Under the pieces are notes generated by a model. That model was not told the DNA's origin. It saw nothing but the letters and a program-made list of their open reading frames with translations, and made no database searches. 64,000 nt of DNA from Chloroflexota bacterium. GTDB taxonomy: Bacteria; Chloroflexota; Chloroflexia; QHBQ01. Shown here in pieces: positions 1 to 9,108 of this stretch (positions are counted from its first letter, which is position 1; each line of letters begins with the position of its first letter). The translations under genes were made by a program, and so were the position numbers. The stretch is from the NCBI GenBank assembly GCA_043754535.1, contig JAYUUN010000093.1:19590-83589 (forward strand), written 5' to 3'.

Positions 1-7
1 CTCAGGC

Positions 8-1324
8 TTAAACCCAGCCCCGTCGCTTGAAGAAGATGTACATCCCCAGCGGCACTCCGATCAGCGTAGCATAGATCAGGAGGCTGTACCAGGCTGCGTC
101 GTTGGGCAGGCTGGCGAGGTTCATGCCCGCGAAGCCAGTGATTGCGGTGATCGGTAGGGCCAGGGTGGTAATTACCGTCAGCCGCTTCATCACCACGTTG
201 AGGTCATTGCTGACGCTGCTGAGGTAGGCACTCATCACGTTGCTGGCACTGTCGCGCTCGGTGTCTACCATCTCGTAGACAGAGACCATCAGGCTGTATA
301 CATCACGAAAGTAGATCAGGTTCTGCTCGTGGATACCGGGGTACTGGTGGCTGATGATCATGTTCAGCACTTCGCGCATCGGGTTGGTTAGCTTACGCAT
401 CGCCATCAAGTTGTTCTTCAGGGTGAAGATACCATCCAACACCTCGCGGCGGGGGCGTTCGATCACCACGTCCTCCATCTGGTCGATCTCTCCTTCCAGA
501 GCGTCAAGCGTCTCAAAGTAGGAGTCGGCAATGTCGTCGAGCATCGAGTAGAGCAGAAAGTCGAGGCCGCGACTAAAGGCGGGTTCGCCAGCAGGCAGGT
601 TCGCCAGCAGGTTCGCATCTGGGCGCGGGCCGTCGATAATGCCTACCTTCGGCTTGAACTTGATCAGGGTGGGCATCGGGGCCACGCTCACCTTGCTCTC
701 CTTCTTCGGCTTGTTGGGCTGCTGCGGGGCCGGGAGGTCGGCTGGCTCGTCCGCCACCTGCTCCCCCTTTGGGGGGCTGCTGAGCCAAAGGTTATCTTGC
801 ACCTCACCACTACGGGTGTCGAGCAGGTTGACCTTGCTCACGTGGTTGTTGCGGTGGCCGCTGCCGTTGCTGCTGCCGTTGCCCTTGCTACTGGCTGGCG
901 CAGGGCTGGCTTGCTGGCTGCGCTGCACCGCCTGGTCGAAAGTGCGGGCTACGACATTGCAATCCAGATCGTGGACGGTGATCAGGTAGTCGGGGGCAAG
1001 GAAGAAGTGAACCTCCGACGCTTCCAGGCAGGGGACGCTAACCTCAGACTCGCCCTTGTCAGCCTGCAAGCGCAGTTCACGGGTGACCAAGAAGATGTAG
1101 CCCTCATACTCGTCGAGCTTGGGCCGCTGGTTCTCGCCGAGCAGGTCTTCCAGGGCGAGGGGGTGGAAGTGGAACAGTTGGCCCAGCCAGGCCACATCCT
1201 GGGGGCCGGGTTCGGTCAGGTCGAGCCAGAAGGGAACACCCGCCTGCCGCTGAGCCACCCACTGCTGGGCCTCGTCGCCTACCAGCAGTTGGCCTTGACT
1301 GAGAACCTTAATCGCCATTGCCAT
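8..1324 (-). CDS. corA: CorA-family Mg2+/Co2+ transporter, with an extra ~100-aa low-complexity insert in the cytoplasmic domain
   Basis: 438-aa ORF. The C-terminus has two TM helices with the GMN signature (FAGMNLASLP). The N-terminal cytoplasmic domain is interrupted by a Ser/Pro/Lys-rich segment (QQASPAPASSKGNGSSNGSG...KPKKESKVS). Confidence 0.85.
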   Translation of the reverse strand: MAMAIKVLSQGQLLVGDEAQQWVAQRQAGVPFWLDLTEPGPQDVAWLGQLFHFHPLALEDLLGENQRPKLDEYEGYIFLVTRELRLQADKGESEVSVPCLEASEVHFFLAPDYLITVHDLDCNVVARTFDQAVQRSQQASPAPASSKGNGSSNGSGHRNNHVSKVNLLDTRSGEVQDNLWLSSPPKGEQVADEPADLPAPQQPNKPKKESKVSVAPMPTLIKFKPKVGIIDGPRPDANLLANLPAGEPAFSRGLDFLLYSMLDDIADSYFETLDALEGEIDQMEDVVIERPRREVLDGIFTLKNNLMAMRKLTNPMREVLNMIISHQYPGIHEQNLIYFRDVYSLMVSVYEMVDTERDSASNVMSAYLSSVSNDLNVVMKRLTVITTLALPITAITGFAGMNLASLPNDAAWYSLLIYATLIGVPLGMYIFFKRRGWV

Positions 1325-1405
1325 AGCATCTCCAATCTAACTGCACAACAGGAGCGAGTAGAGCTACAATACTGCACCTGATCATTATAACACCGACTGG
1401 CAAGC

Positions 1406-2773
1406 TCAATCGTGGCGCAGTGCTGCTACCGGGTCGAGGCTGGCCGCTCGGAAGGCGGGGTAGAGGCCCGCCAGCAGGCCGATCAGGGCAGCAAAGGCCA
1501 CAGCCCCGATCACCAACGCTGGGTTTAGCTGAAAGAGAGAGAGCTTGCCGACCAGCCCCTCGGACAGGGGGAAGGCCTGCTTCCGCAAGTAGTCGCGGGC
1601 GACGGCGTTGAGTACCTCGTTGAGCAGCCAGCCACCCAGCACCCCAACCAGCCCACCTAGCAGCCCGATCATGCTTGCTTCCAGCATAAAGAGGCCAAGA
1701 ATGTCGCCCCGGTTCGCCCCTAGAGCCTTTAGCACGCCGATCTCCCGCGTGCGCTCGTAGATCGCCATGATCATAGTGTTGACGATGCCCACGCTGGCAA
1801 CGAACAGGGCCAGCAGCCCCACGCTGCTTGCCATAACCTGCAAAATGGTGAAGATGCGGTTCAGCGCGTCGAGCAGAGCCTGCACCGTGTTGCTTCGCAG
1901 GCCGAGGCTGTCGATCTGCGTGCTGAGTCGGGTCGCGTCGCTGATGCTGGCTGCCTTGACCGCCAATGCGTCGTAGCCGTACTTCACCAGGTAGTCTGGC
2001 TCGTGGAACCACCACTGCTTGACCCGCAGCTTGAGGCCGTTGCCCAATTGTGCGCTAACTCCGCGCCCTGGCACTGCTACGCTGGTCACGCCCACGATGC
2101 GGCTGGCAAACTGCTGCTGCTCACCACGAGGGTCGGTGACACTGAGGCTCGCTGCTTGGCCGATCAGGGCGGCAAAGGCGGCTGAGTTGTCCACCAGCGT
2201 GCTGCTGATCACCCCCAATTGGCGCAGGCCGCTGACGCTGATCACCAGCCCGTCCTCGTCGGGGCCGAGATCGCGCCCGGCAACGAGCGGCGATTTGCTC
2301 TCCCCACTATCGCCAGAAAAGAGGTTGGCGAGGTTGAGGTTGCCCGCCCCCGCATCGCTAGTCCCGTTGAACGGGGAGCGGTGGCCCTGCACCTCTAGCA
2401 GCAAGCCGTCAGCGGGGATACCGCTGGGGAGATTGAACTGCCGGGTGACGCTGACTACACCTGGTAGGGCGGCGATCTGGACGATCACTGGCGGGGTGAG
2501 CAGGGTGTTTTGGGGGCGTGCGTCGCTCTGGTTAGTGCGAGGCCGCTGACTACCGAACACGCCGCCGTTGCTCGTCGTCGGGTTAACGTAGATCGTCTCC
2601 AGACCGAGGTTGCTAACCGTGCGGCTGATCTCTGCCTGCACGCCCACACCGAGGCTAACCATGGTCACAATCGTGACGATGCCAATGAACACGCCAACGG
2701 AGGTGAGGCCGGTTCGCACCTTGCGCCGCCCCAGGTTGGCGAAGGCACTGCCGATCATGTCGCGCAGCTTCAT
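1406..2773 (-). CDS. ABC transporter permease, FtsX/MacB-like
   Basis: 455 aa with an N-terminal TM helix, a large extracytoplasmic domain and a C-terminal FtsX-type TM block. It sits immediately downstream of an ABC ATPase, overlapping it by 4 bp. Confidence 0.8.
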   Translation of the reverse strand: MKLRDMIGSAFANLGRRKVRTGLTSVGVFIGIVTIVTMVSLGVGVQAEISRTVSNLGLETIYVNPTTSNGGVFGSQRPRTNQSDARPQNTLLTPPVIVQIAALPGVVSVTRQFNLPSGIPADGLLLEVQGHRSPFNGTSDAGAGNLNLANLFSGDSGESKSPLVAGRDLGPDEDGLVISVSGLRQLGVISSTLVDNSAAFAALIGQAASLSVTDPRGEQQQFASRIVGVTSVAVPGRGVSAQLGNGLKLRVKQWWFHEPDYLVKYGYDALAVKAASISDATRLSTQIDSLGLRSNTVQALLDALNRIFTILQVMASSVGLLALFVASVGIVNTMIMAIYERTREIGVLKALGANRGDILGLFMLEASMIGLLGGLVGVLGGWLLNEVLNAVARDYLRKQAFPLSEGLVGKLSLFQLNPALVIGAVAFAALIGLLAGLYPAFRAASLDPVAALRHD

Positions 2774-3468
2774 GAAGCCACCCCTTCGACGATAGAGCCG
2801 TCACGCATCTGGATCACCTGATCGGCATAGCTGGCAACCTTGGGGTCGTGGGTGACGAGGATCATGGTCAGGTTCTGCTCGCGGTTGAGGCCGCGCAAGA
2901 GGGCCAGCACCTCCGCCCCAGTCTTACTGTCCAGGTTGCCGGTCGGTTCATCGGCAAGCAAAATGGCGGGTTGGTTGGCAAGGGCGCGGGCGATGGCAAC
3001 GCGCTGCTGTTCGCCGCCAGAGAGGATGTTGGGCCGATGATCGAGGCGGTGGCTGAGGCCAACCTGGGTGAGCAGTTCGCGGGCGCGCAGCCGTCGCTGG
3101 GCCGCATTGCTGCCCGCAATCATCAGCGGCAGTTCGACGTTCTCCCAGGCAGTACGGGTGGAGAGCAGGTTGAAGCTCTGGAAGATGAAGCCGATCACCC
3201 GTTGGCGATAGTGGTTGAGCGCGCCGCTCCTGGCCCTGGCAATGTCCTGGCCTGCCACCCACAACTGGCCGCTGGTCGGGCGTTCCAGGCCGCCGAGTAG
3301 ATTGAGCAGCGTACTCTTGCCGCTGCCACTCGCGCCGATGATTGCGGCGAAGCAGCCACGCTCGATCACAAAGCTGATGCCATTCACTGCCGCGACAACG
3401 TTGTTCCCCATCTTGTAGCGGCGCACCAGGTCTACCACTCGAATCAGCGGCTCTGCCTGTCCGTTCAA
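2770..3468 (-). CDS. ABC transporter ATP-binding protein (MacB/LolD-type)
   Basis: Walker A GASGSGKST, ABC signature LSGGEQQRVAIARAL and Walker B ILLADEPTGNLD are all present. Confidence 0.9.
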   Translation of the reverse strand: MNGQAEPLIRVVDLVRRYKMGNNVVAAVNGISFVIERGCFAAIIGASGSGKSTLLNLLGGLERPTSGQLWVAGQDIARARSGALNHYRQRVIGFIFQSFNLLSTRTAWENVELPLMIAGSNAAQRRLRARELLTQVGLSHRLDHRPNILSGGEQQRVAIARALANQPAILLADEPTGNLDSKTGAEVLALLRGLNREQNLTMILVTHDPKVASYADQVIQMRDGSIVEGVAS

Positions 3469-3576
3469 TCTCGCTCCCCCTCCCTAGCAACACTGCTGCA
3501 TTATAAACCTTGTTGGCCCTGGCTGCAAAGCAAAACAGCCTCCCCCCTTGCGGGAGAAGGCTGCGCTGCTGCTTGC

Positions 3577-5238
3577 TTACTTCAGGCCGAAGTAACAGAT
3601 GCTCTTTTTGCTACCGTCGGGGGTCTGGAAGGTCATGGCGTAGACCCCCTTTGGCGCACGGCTGCTGAGACCCCTGGTGGCGCGCAGGCCAACCCGCCCG
3701 CTGCTATCCACCGAGAGGGTAGGCTCCTCGTCAGTGCCGAACAGGTCGCGGGCAGAAACCACGCTCTGATCGGGGGCCGTGAGGTAGAAGCGCACATCGT
3801 CACCGGGGGCGAAGCCAATGCCAACGAAGGCGACGGCAACGCCGGGATCGGCGCAAGGCGGGGTGGCGTTGGTGTTATTGCCGCTTGGCTTCGGCACCTG
3901 GCTACACACGTCGGTGTTCGCCCCAGGGACGGGGGTTGGCTGGCCTGCCCCGCCACCGCTGCCGCTGGCTGGTAGTACCTTGAAGCGAGCGATAGCCGTC
4001 ACCTTGCTGCTTGAGCCATAGAAGGTGTAAGCCCACACGCCGGTAACGTCGAAGATGGCGGGGTCGAGCGGCAGTTCACCGCTGATGCGCCCGCTGGCGG
4101 GTGCTCCACCAGGAACCGGGCGGGAGGTGCCAACTACGTCGCCGTCGGGCGTGGTGATCCAGAAGGAAATGTCCTCACCGCCCTTGAAGCCGTAGAAGCT
4201 GACCTGGATCGTCGTACCCTGGCGGGCGCAGTTGGGACTCACGGTTGCATTCTCGCTGGCGGGGATGCCGCTGCAATCAGGCTGCTGAGCGACCGGGGTA
4301 GGAGGGATCGGGGTAGAACCGGGGGTGGTTGTGCTACCAGCCTGGGTGGGCGGATTGCTCGGCTTGCCTGCGCCGTTGTACACCCAGTCGTAGTAGTGGC
4401 CGCCGATGTTGCCCATCTGCACGCGGTAGGCTGCCTGCTCACCAGGTACGTAGGTGACCACGCGCCGCTCGAAGACCTGGATCAGCACGTCGCTTTGGGT
4501 GCCGCCGATCTTGACGTTGGCCCAGTAAGGCTCGCTGATCGGGAAGCCAGTGGTGTAGAACCAGGGGTCGCTGAGGCGGCCATTGACCGTCTTGCCGCCC
4601 TCGGAAACCGGGCCGCTCTGGTTGAGGAAGTCCCAGATTACGGAGGGGATGTTGTGGCCGGTCTCGCTAGCGAAGTGGACGTACTTAGTGGCAGTCATGT
4701 TGTCATAGGCGAGATTGGCACCCACCTTCGCATCCTTGCTGATCGTCTGTACGGCATAGCCGCCGCTGCGGTCGCCAACCTTGCCAGTCAGAGTGTTGAA
4801 GCTGGCGTAGGTGGGGGCATTTGCGTCGTTGCCGTCGGAGGCGAGCGGGATGTTAGCCGGGTAGATCGTCTTGAAGTTGCCGTCACCAATCTGCTGGCGG
4901 CCCTCAACCATCTCGGCGGCCAGACGGCCATTAACTACGTAGAACTTGCTGCCGGCCTGTTCGCTGGCATTGATCTCCATGCGGCTCTTGTCGAAGTATT
5001 GTACGTCGCGAGCGACCCCATTGTAGGTCTCCTTGACCACGCGGCTGTTCTCGACCGGCCCCCAGTAGTAGCCACGATTGACCCCAGGCTGGCCTACCAG
5101 CGAGTCGGTGCGCTGCCAGGTGGCCTTGAAAGCGTCGTTGGCAAAGGTGGCCTGAGCCTGGGCCTGCACGTTGTAGCCAGGCGCGATCATCGCGCAGAGC
5201 AGAATAGCTACCAATATAGCACTAATACGTTTACCCAT
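3577..5238 (-). CDS. secreted hypothetical protein with a signal peptide and Pro/Thr-rich linkers
   Basis: The track ORF is 3577..5283. I moved the start to the ATG at 5238 (MGKRISAILVAILLCAMIAPG...AQA signal peptide, GAGG/AAGGAG upstream). Two Cys-containing C-terminal modules are separated by PT/PG-rich linkers (NPPTQAGSTTTPGSTPIPPTPVAQQP; GGGAGQPTPVPGANT). Confidence 0.5.
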   Translation of the reverse strand: MGKRISAILVAILLCAMIAPGYNVQAQAQATFANDAFKATWQRTDSLVGQPGVNRGYYWGPVENSRVVKETYNGVARDVQYFDKSRMEINASEQAGSKFYVVNGRLAAEMVEGRQQIGDGNFKTIYPANIPLASDGNDANAPTYASFNTLTGKVGDRSGGYAVQTISKDAKVGANLAYDNMTATKYVHFASETGHNIPSVIWDFLNQSGPVSEGGKTVNGRLSDPWFYTTGFPISEPYWANVKIGGTQSDVLIQVFERRVVTYVPGEQAAYRVQMGNIGGHYYDWVYNGAGKPSNPPTQAGSTTTPGSTPIPPTPVAQQPDCSGIPASENATVSPNCARQGTTIQVSFYGFKGGEDISFWITTPDGDVVGTSRPVPGGAPASGRISGELPLDPAIFDVTGVWAYTFYGSSSKVTAIARFKVLPASGSGGGAGQPTPVPGANTDVCSQVPKPSGNNTNATPPCADPGVAVAFVGIGFAPGDDVRFYLTAPDQSVVSARDLFGTDEEPTLSVDSSGRVGLRATRGLSSRAPKGVYAMTFQTPDGSKKSICYFGLK

Positions 5239-5513
5239 CTGTACCTCTATACTCCTTCTTAAAGATGAGGGTGGCTGACCCACGGTGGCTCATCGCCGGA
5301 GTGGGGACGGATGGTAGGGTACAGAGTGGGCGGACACCACCGCTTGCTCTATACTGACTGGTTGACTGCTGCTGCCAGCGCAGCAAGTGGCTGCCCGCCT
5401 GGTTGGTAGCTACAGTGGTTCAGGAGCGGCTAGCCTCATTGTAACAGATAGCCTTTGTTTAGATCAACCAAAGAACATACGACTCGATCAGCGACAAGGT
5501 TGCACAATCTGGT

Positions 5514-6476
5514 TTATGAAGCTAAATACTGGACGAGGCCAACATCCTCCAACGCCCAGAACAGGCGTGGCCCCCGCGAGGGGACTGGCAGACTGGCTAG
5601 CTCTGGGTGGCTGCGGGCGAGGTGCGCCCGTGCCGCCTGGATTGCCAGGGGTAGGGTGGCATCCACTGCAAAAACACGCTTGTCGGCAAACACACGCTTT
5701 GCCTGGGCCGCGTTCAGCACTACCTCCACCTCGATCACCCCTCGGAATGTCGGCTGCTGGGCGGTCGGCGTGCCAGCGAAGGGCAGCATTGGGGCTGTAG
5801 TGGTCAGCGCAGCCCCCGCAGAGCAGAGGGTGGCTTGCAGCCGCCGATCCTGCCCTTCGCCTACATCTTGGCGCAGGTAGCGCAGGAAGCAGGCGTTGAC
5901 GCTGAGCCTGTAGCTCTGCACAAAGGCGGTGTAGTCGCGCACGGTGAGGGGCTGGGCGAAGACGATCTGCATCGGTGTGCTGCCCTTTACCTGATCCAGC
6001 AGCTTGAGGTTGCGGCTAGCGAAGGCGTTGAGGTCGGCCAGCCCACCGCTGCTGATGTCCGAGGCCAGCCAGTTGATGCTGATCGAGAGGCTATCGCTGG
6101 TCACTGCGGCAGCATAGCTCCAATCGGCGAACTGCTCACCCCAGCCTTCGATCTGTGCGGCAGGGGTTGGCAACCCTGCTGGGGTGGCAGTGACTGTCGG
6201 GCGCGGGGTAGGGGTGGCGGTCGCAGTTGCCCGCATGGTGGGGGTCAGCGTCACCGTCGGGGTGATGGTAGCGGTCGGGGTGATGGTGGGGCTGGCGGTT
6301 GGCGGCACTGGCGTATAGGTTGGCCGTGGGGCAGCCAACTCGGTCAGCACTGCCAGCGAGGGGGTAATATAGGCGACCTGCACCATCGCTGTTTGAGTAG
6401 CCAGACTGGCAGGTGGTGGGGTGCCGCAGCCAGTCAGCAAGCAGCAGATGGCAAGCAGGAGGGGGATGGTGCGCTT
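5514..6476 (-). CDS. lipoprotein (hypothetical) with a Pro/Thr-rich linker
   Basis: AAAGGAG lies 6 nt upstream of a GTG at 6476, giving (M)KRTIPLLLAICCLLTGCG with an LTGC lipobox. A long PT linker follows (PTYTPVPPTASPTITPTATITPTVTLTPT...). The track start at 6506 is probably too far upstream. Confidence 0.5.
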   Translation of the reverse strand, partial: KRTIPLLLAICCLLTGCGTPPPASLATQTAMVQVAYITPSLAVLTELAAPRPTYTPVPPTASPTITPTATITPTVTLTPTMRATATATPTPRPTVTATPAGLPTPAAQIEGWGEQFADWSYAAAVTSDSLSISINWLASDISSGGLADLNAFASRNLKLLDQVKGSTPMQIVFAQPLTVRDYTAFVQSYRLSVNACFLRYLRQDVGEGQDRRLQATLCSAGAALTTTAPMLPFAGTPTAQQPTFRGVIEVEVVLNAAQAKRVFADKRVFAVDATLPLAIQAARAHLARSHPELASLPVPSRGPRLFWALEDVGLVQYLAS

Positions 6477-6550
6477 CACGCAGCACTCCTTTCGGGCAGG
6501 ATGCAACTATTATAACGGATCAGCCGCCAACAGGTTGCAGGTCAGCCGTT

Positions 6551-6561
6551 TGTGGTAAAAT
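6551..6561 (+). promoter_or_regulatory. extended -10 promoter element TGTGGTAAAAT; the start codon lies 9 nt downstream (leaderless-type)
   Basis: It matches the recurring TGTG(G/C)TATAAT motif of this window. The ATG of the PxpC-like gene is at 6570. Confidence 0.45.
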
Positions 6562-6569
6562 CAGCTACC

Positions 6570-7463
6570 ATGCTAACCATCCTTTCCGGCTGGGCCAGCG
6601 TGCAGGATAGCGGGCGGCCCGGCTACGCTGCTCTCGGTCTGCCCGCCAGTGGTCCGCTCGATCCCTACGCCCACGCCGCCGCTAATCGGCTGCTCGACAA
6701 CCCCACTGGAGCCGCCGCGCTGGAGGTGATTGGCGTGGCTGCCTTCAGCTTGCGCGTAGCGACGAAGTGCGTGCTGGCAGTAACAGGGGCCGACCTACAA
6801 CTGTGGGTGGAAGGTCGTCCGTTGCCAGCCTGGTACAGCATCTTCCTACGTCCTGGCAGTGTGCTGGAACTGCGGGGACGGCGCAGGCTGGCTGGCAACG
6901 GTGGGGTAGCTTACCTGGCAGTCGCTGGTGGCCTCCAATGCCCCCCTTACTGCGGTTCCCAGAGTACATACGTGGGGGCGGCTGGGGCATTGCCGGGTCT
7001 CTGTGGGCGGTTGCTGCGCCCAGGCGACGAACTAGCCTGCGCTAGCAGCGGCTCGGCTCAAGCGGGACGGCGGGCGGCAGCATGGCACGAAATCTACCCT
7101 GGCCCTGCCAGCCTCGCTGTCGAATGGGGGCCACACGCGGGGCTGCTGGGGCGCAAGGGACGGGCGGCATTGCTTGCCAGCGAGTATACAGTAGCAGAAG
7201 GCAACCGCATGGGTTGGCGGCTGGCGGCCCCGCTCGCTATCCCCCAGCGGGCCGGGGGCGGAGAGATGATCTCGGCCCCAACCCTGCGCGGCGGCATCCA
7301 GTTGCCCCCTGGCGGCCAGCCGATCATCCTCGGCCCCGACCAGCAAACCAGCGGTGGCTACCCGCTCGTCGCTGTCGTCCACCCGACAAGCTGGCCCGCC
7401 CTCGGCCAACTGCTGGCGGGCGACCGACTGCGCCTGGTGTATCGGGGGGCGGGGGGCGGATGA
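6570..7463 (+). CDS. pxpC: 5-oxoprolinase subunit C / allophanate-hydrolase-subunit-2 family protein (KipA/PxpC-like)
   Basis: The N-terminus MLTILSGWASVQDSGRPGYAALGLPASGPLD matches the TVQDxGRxG...G.P.SGxxD signature of the biotin-dependent carboxyltransferase (AHS2) family. No pxpA/pxpB partner lies next to it. The track GTG start at 6552 lies inside the -10 element. Confidence 0.65.
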   Translation: MLTILSGWASVQDSGRPGYAALGLPASGPLDPYAHAAANRLLDNPTGAAALEVIGVAAFSLRVATKCVLAVTGADLQLWVEGRPLPAWYSIFLRPGSVLELRGRRRLAGNGGVAYLAVAGGLQCPPYCGSQSTYVGAAGALPGLCGRLLRPGDELACASSGSAQAGRRAAAWHEIYPGPASLAVEWGPHAGLLGRKGRAALLASEYTVAEGNRMGWRLAAPLAIPQRAGGGEMISAPTLRGGIQLPPGGQPIILGPDQQTSGGYPLVAVVHPTSWPALGQLLAGDRLRLVYRGAGGG

Positions 7464-7477
7464 TGGTTCCGCTAATT

Positions 7478-7506
7478 TTGACTTTTGTTGCAGCGGCGTG
7501 CATAAT
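7478..7506 (+). promoter_or_regulatory. sigma70-type promoter, TTGACT-17-CATAAT
   Basis: The -35 box is 7478..7483 and the -10 box is 7501..7506. The downstream gene starts at 7603. Confidence 0.45.
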
Positions 7507-7602
7507 TGAGCTAGTAGCAGGGCAAGAACAAGCGTGCCAACCGTAACTTTTGGTGGCTGCCCCCGTATATATGTAGAGATGGGTTTAGAGAAGGAGATAG
7601 CG

Positions 7603-8754
7603 ATGGGCGAGCAGCGCGACGATGAGGATGTTGACCTGCGCGACTCGGAGCGCGATGATGGCACGGTGGAACAGGATCGCTACAGCAGCGAGTACGAAAG
7701 CCGCCGCACCACCCGTGGGCAGCGGGCGATCCGCCGCACCAGCAATGAGGTGCAGGATGGCGAGTACCGGGTGATCAGCGAAGGGCGGGCTGACCCAGAG
7801 CCTACGCGCAACCCCCAGTATGCCCGCCCCAGCACGCGCCCCCACCCGGCCACTGCCGAGCAGTACGATGACCTGGCAACAGTGCGCCCCCGCCAACCGC
7901 GCAGACGTGGCCCCGACGAGTACGACGACTACGAGCCGCAACCCCGCCGCGCTAGCCGCTCGCGCAGCCTGGATGAGGAGCCTGAGTTGGAGCGCGGCTA
8001 TGCTACGCCGCCGCCCCGCCGCCCCGCCAACTACGACCGCCCTTATGCTGGGGCGCAGCCAGCGGCAGCCCGCTTCAGTGGCTGGTCGCTGGTAGGGGTT
8101 GGCTGCTTTGGCGTGATGGTAGCGGTGATCATCCTGATCGCCGTCACTGCGGCAACCGGGGTCAACATCGTAAGCAGCATCGGCAGCTTCTTCGGCAGTG
8201 CCTTCAACACCAAAGTGACGACTGGTGTTGACCTCAGCAGCCAGACTGTAGTACGAGGGTTGGCCGCCCAGAACCAGCTAGTCAGCGTTAAGATGACCCT
8301 GGAGAAGGTAGTCACTGGCACACAGACAGGCGATGGGATGCTGGGTGGCTTGCGCAATGCCGAGGTGCTGTTCATTGCGCGGGGAGAAGTGCAGGCGGGC
8401 GTAGACTTGAGCAAGCTAAAGGAGAATGACGTGGTAGTTAGCCGATCAGTGAGTGGCACTACCTCGCTGAACGTCGCCACTATTCACCTGCCACCCGCCG
8501 AGATCATCTCCTTCAAGCTGGATGAGCAGAAAAGTCACGTCTTCGACGTAAAGACAGACAGCCTCCTGCCATTCCTCGCCAGCCCGATCCCAGAACTCTA
8601 CGACTACGTGCGGCGGGAGGCGGAGACAGCGATCAAGCAGGCTGCTATTGAGGATGGTATCCTCAGCACGGCCAATGACAACGCCCGCCGCGACGTGGAG
8701 TTGCTGTTGCTACGGCTTGGCTTCCAAGAAGTACGCTTCAGGTTAGTAGCATAG
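7603..8754 (+). CDS. membrane-anchored protein with an acidic disordered N-terminus and a DUF4230-like C-terminal domain
   Basis: AGAAGGAG lies 5 nt before the ATG at 7603. The protein has a highly charged N-terminal ~190 aa, one TM helix (LVGVGCFGVMVAVIILIAV), then a beta-rich region (GEVQAGVDLSKLKENDVVVS...IHLPPAEIISFKLDEQKSHVFD) that I recall as DUF4230-like. That recall is from memory and unverified. Confidence 0.5.
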   Translation: MGEQRDDEDVDLRDSERDDGTVEQDRYSSEYESRRTTRGQRAIRRTSNEVQDGEYRVISEGRADPEPTRNPQYARPSTRPHPATAEQYDDLATVRPRQPRRRGPDEYDDYEPQPRRASRSRSLDEEPELERGYATPPPRRPANYDRPYAGAQPAAARFSGWSLVGVGCFGVMVAVIILIAVTAATGVNIVSSIGSFFGSAFNTKVTTGVDLSSQTVVRGLAAQNQLVSVKMTLEKVVTGTQTGDGMLGGLRNAEVLFIARGEVQAGVDLSKLKENDVVVSRSVSGTTSLNVATIHLPPAEIISFKLDEQKSHVFDVKTDSLLPFLASPIPELYDYVRREAETAIKQAAIEDGILSTANDNARRDVELLLLRLGFQEVRFRLVA

Positions 8755-8757
8755 ACT

Positions 8758-8794
8758 GCCCCTGCTCTTTCTATCGGAGCGGGGGCTTTTTGTT
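8758..8794 (+). terminator. intrinsic terminator (10-bp stem, T-tract)
   Basis: gcccctgctc-tttctatcg-gagcgggggc followed by tttttgtt. Confidence 0.6.
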
Positions 8795-8821
8795 GGCGGC
8801 AAGAGAAGTTGGCAGGCAAAA

Positions 8822-8856
8822 GAAAAAGCCCCCGCTGGTGCAGGGGCTTCTCGGAG
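8822..8856 (-). terminator. intrinsic terminator for the leftward LysM operon
   Basis: On the minus strand: gcccctg-caccag-cgggggc followed by tttttctttt. Confidence 0.55.
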
Positions 8857-8875
8857 GGCATCACGGGCGGCAGCC

Positions 8876-8923
8876 TTAGAGGCTGACGACCTCTGTGATG
8901 CCCTGTTGCTTACTACTGTCCAT
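8876..8923 (-). CDS. tiny ORF (15 aa, MDSSKQQGITEVVSL) with a near-perfect Shine-Dalgarno sequence
   Basis: AAGGAGGTGA is followed 8 nt later by the ATG. The ORF lies between the LysM gene and its terminator, and a TATAAT-like box on the minus strand sits near 9024..9029. I cannot tell whether it is coding. Confidence 0.25.
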   Translation of the reverse strand: MDSSKQQGITEVVSL

Positions 8924-9108
8924 TGGCATCACCTCCTTTATCCTATACGGCTCTAGAGGATTTCGTTGTATTGGCTCGCGGGCGGCGTTAACCACTCGCT
9001 AACCTGTTGTGATTATACAACACTCCTGGCCCGCTGTCAACAGTTGCGCTCTACATCTTTAGGCCGATCCGCAGGCTCTAATCTTCGTTTAATCCTACGT
9101 TCTATAGT

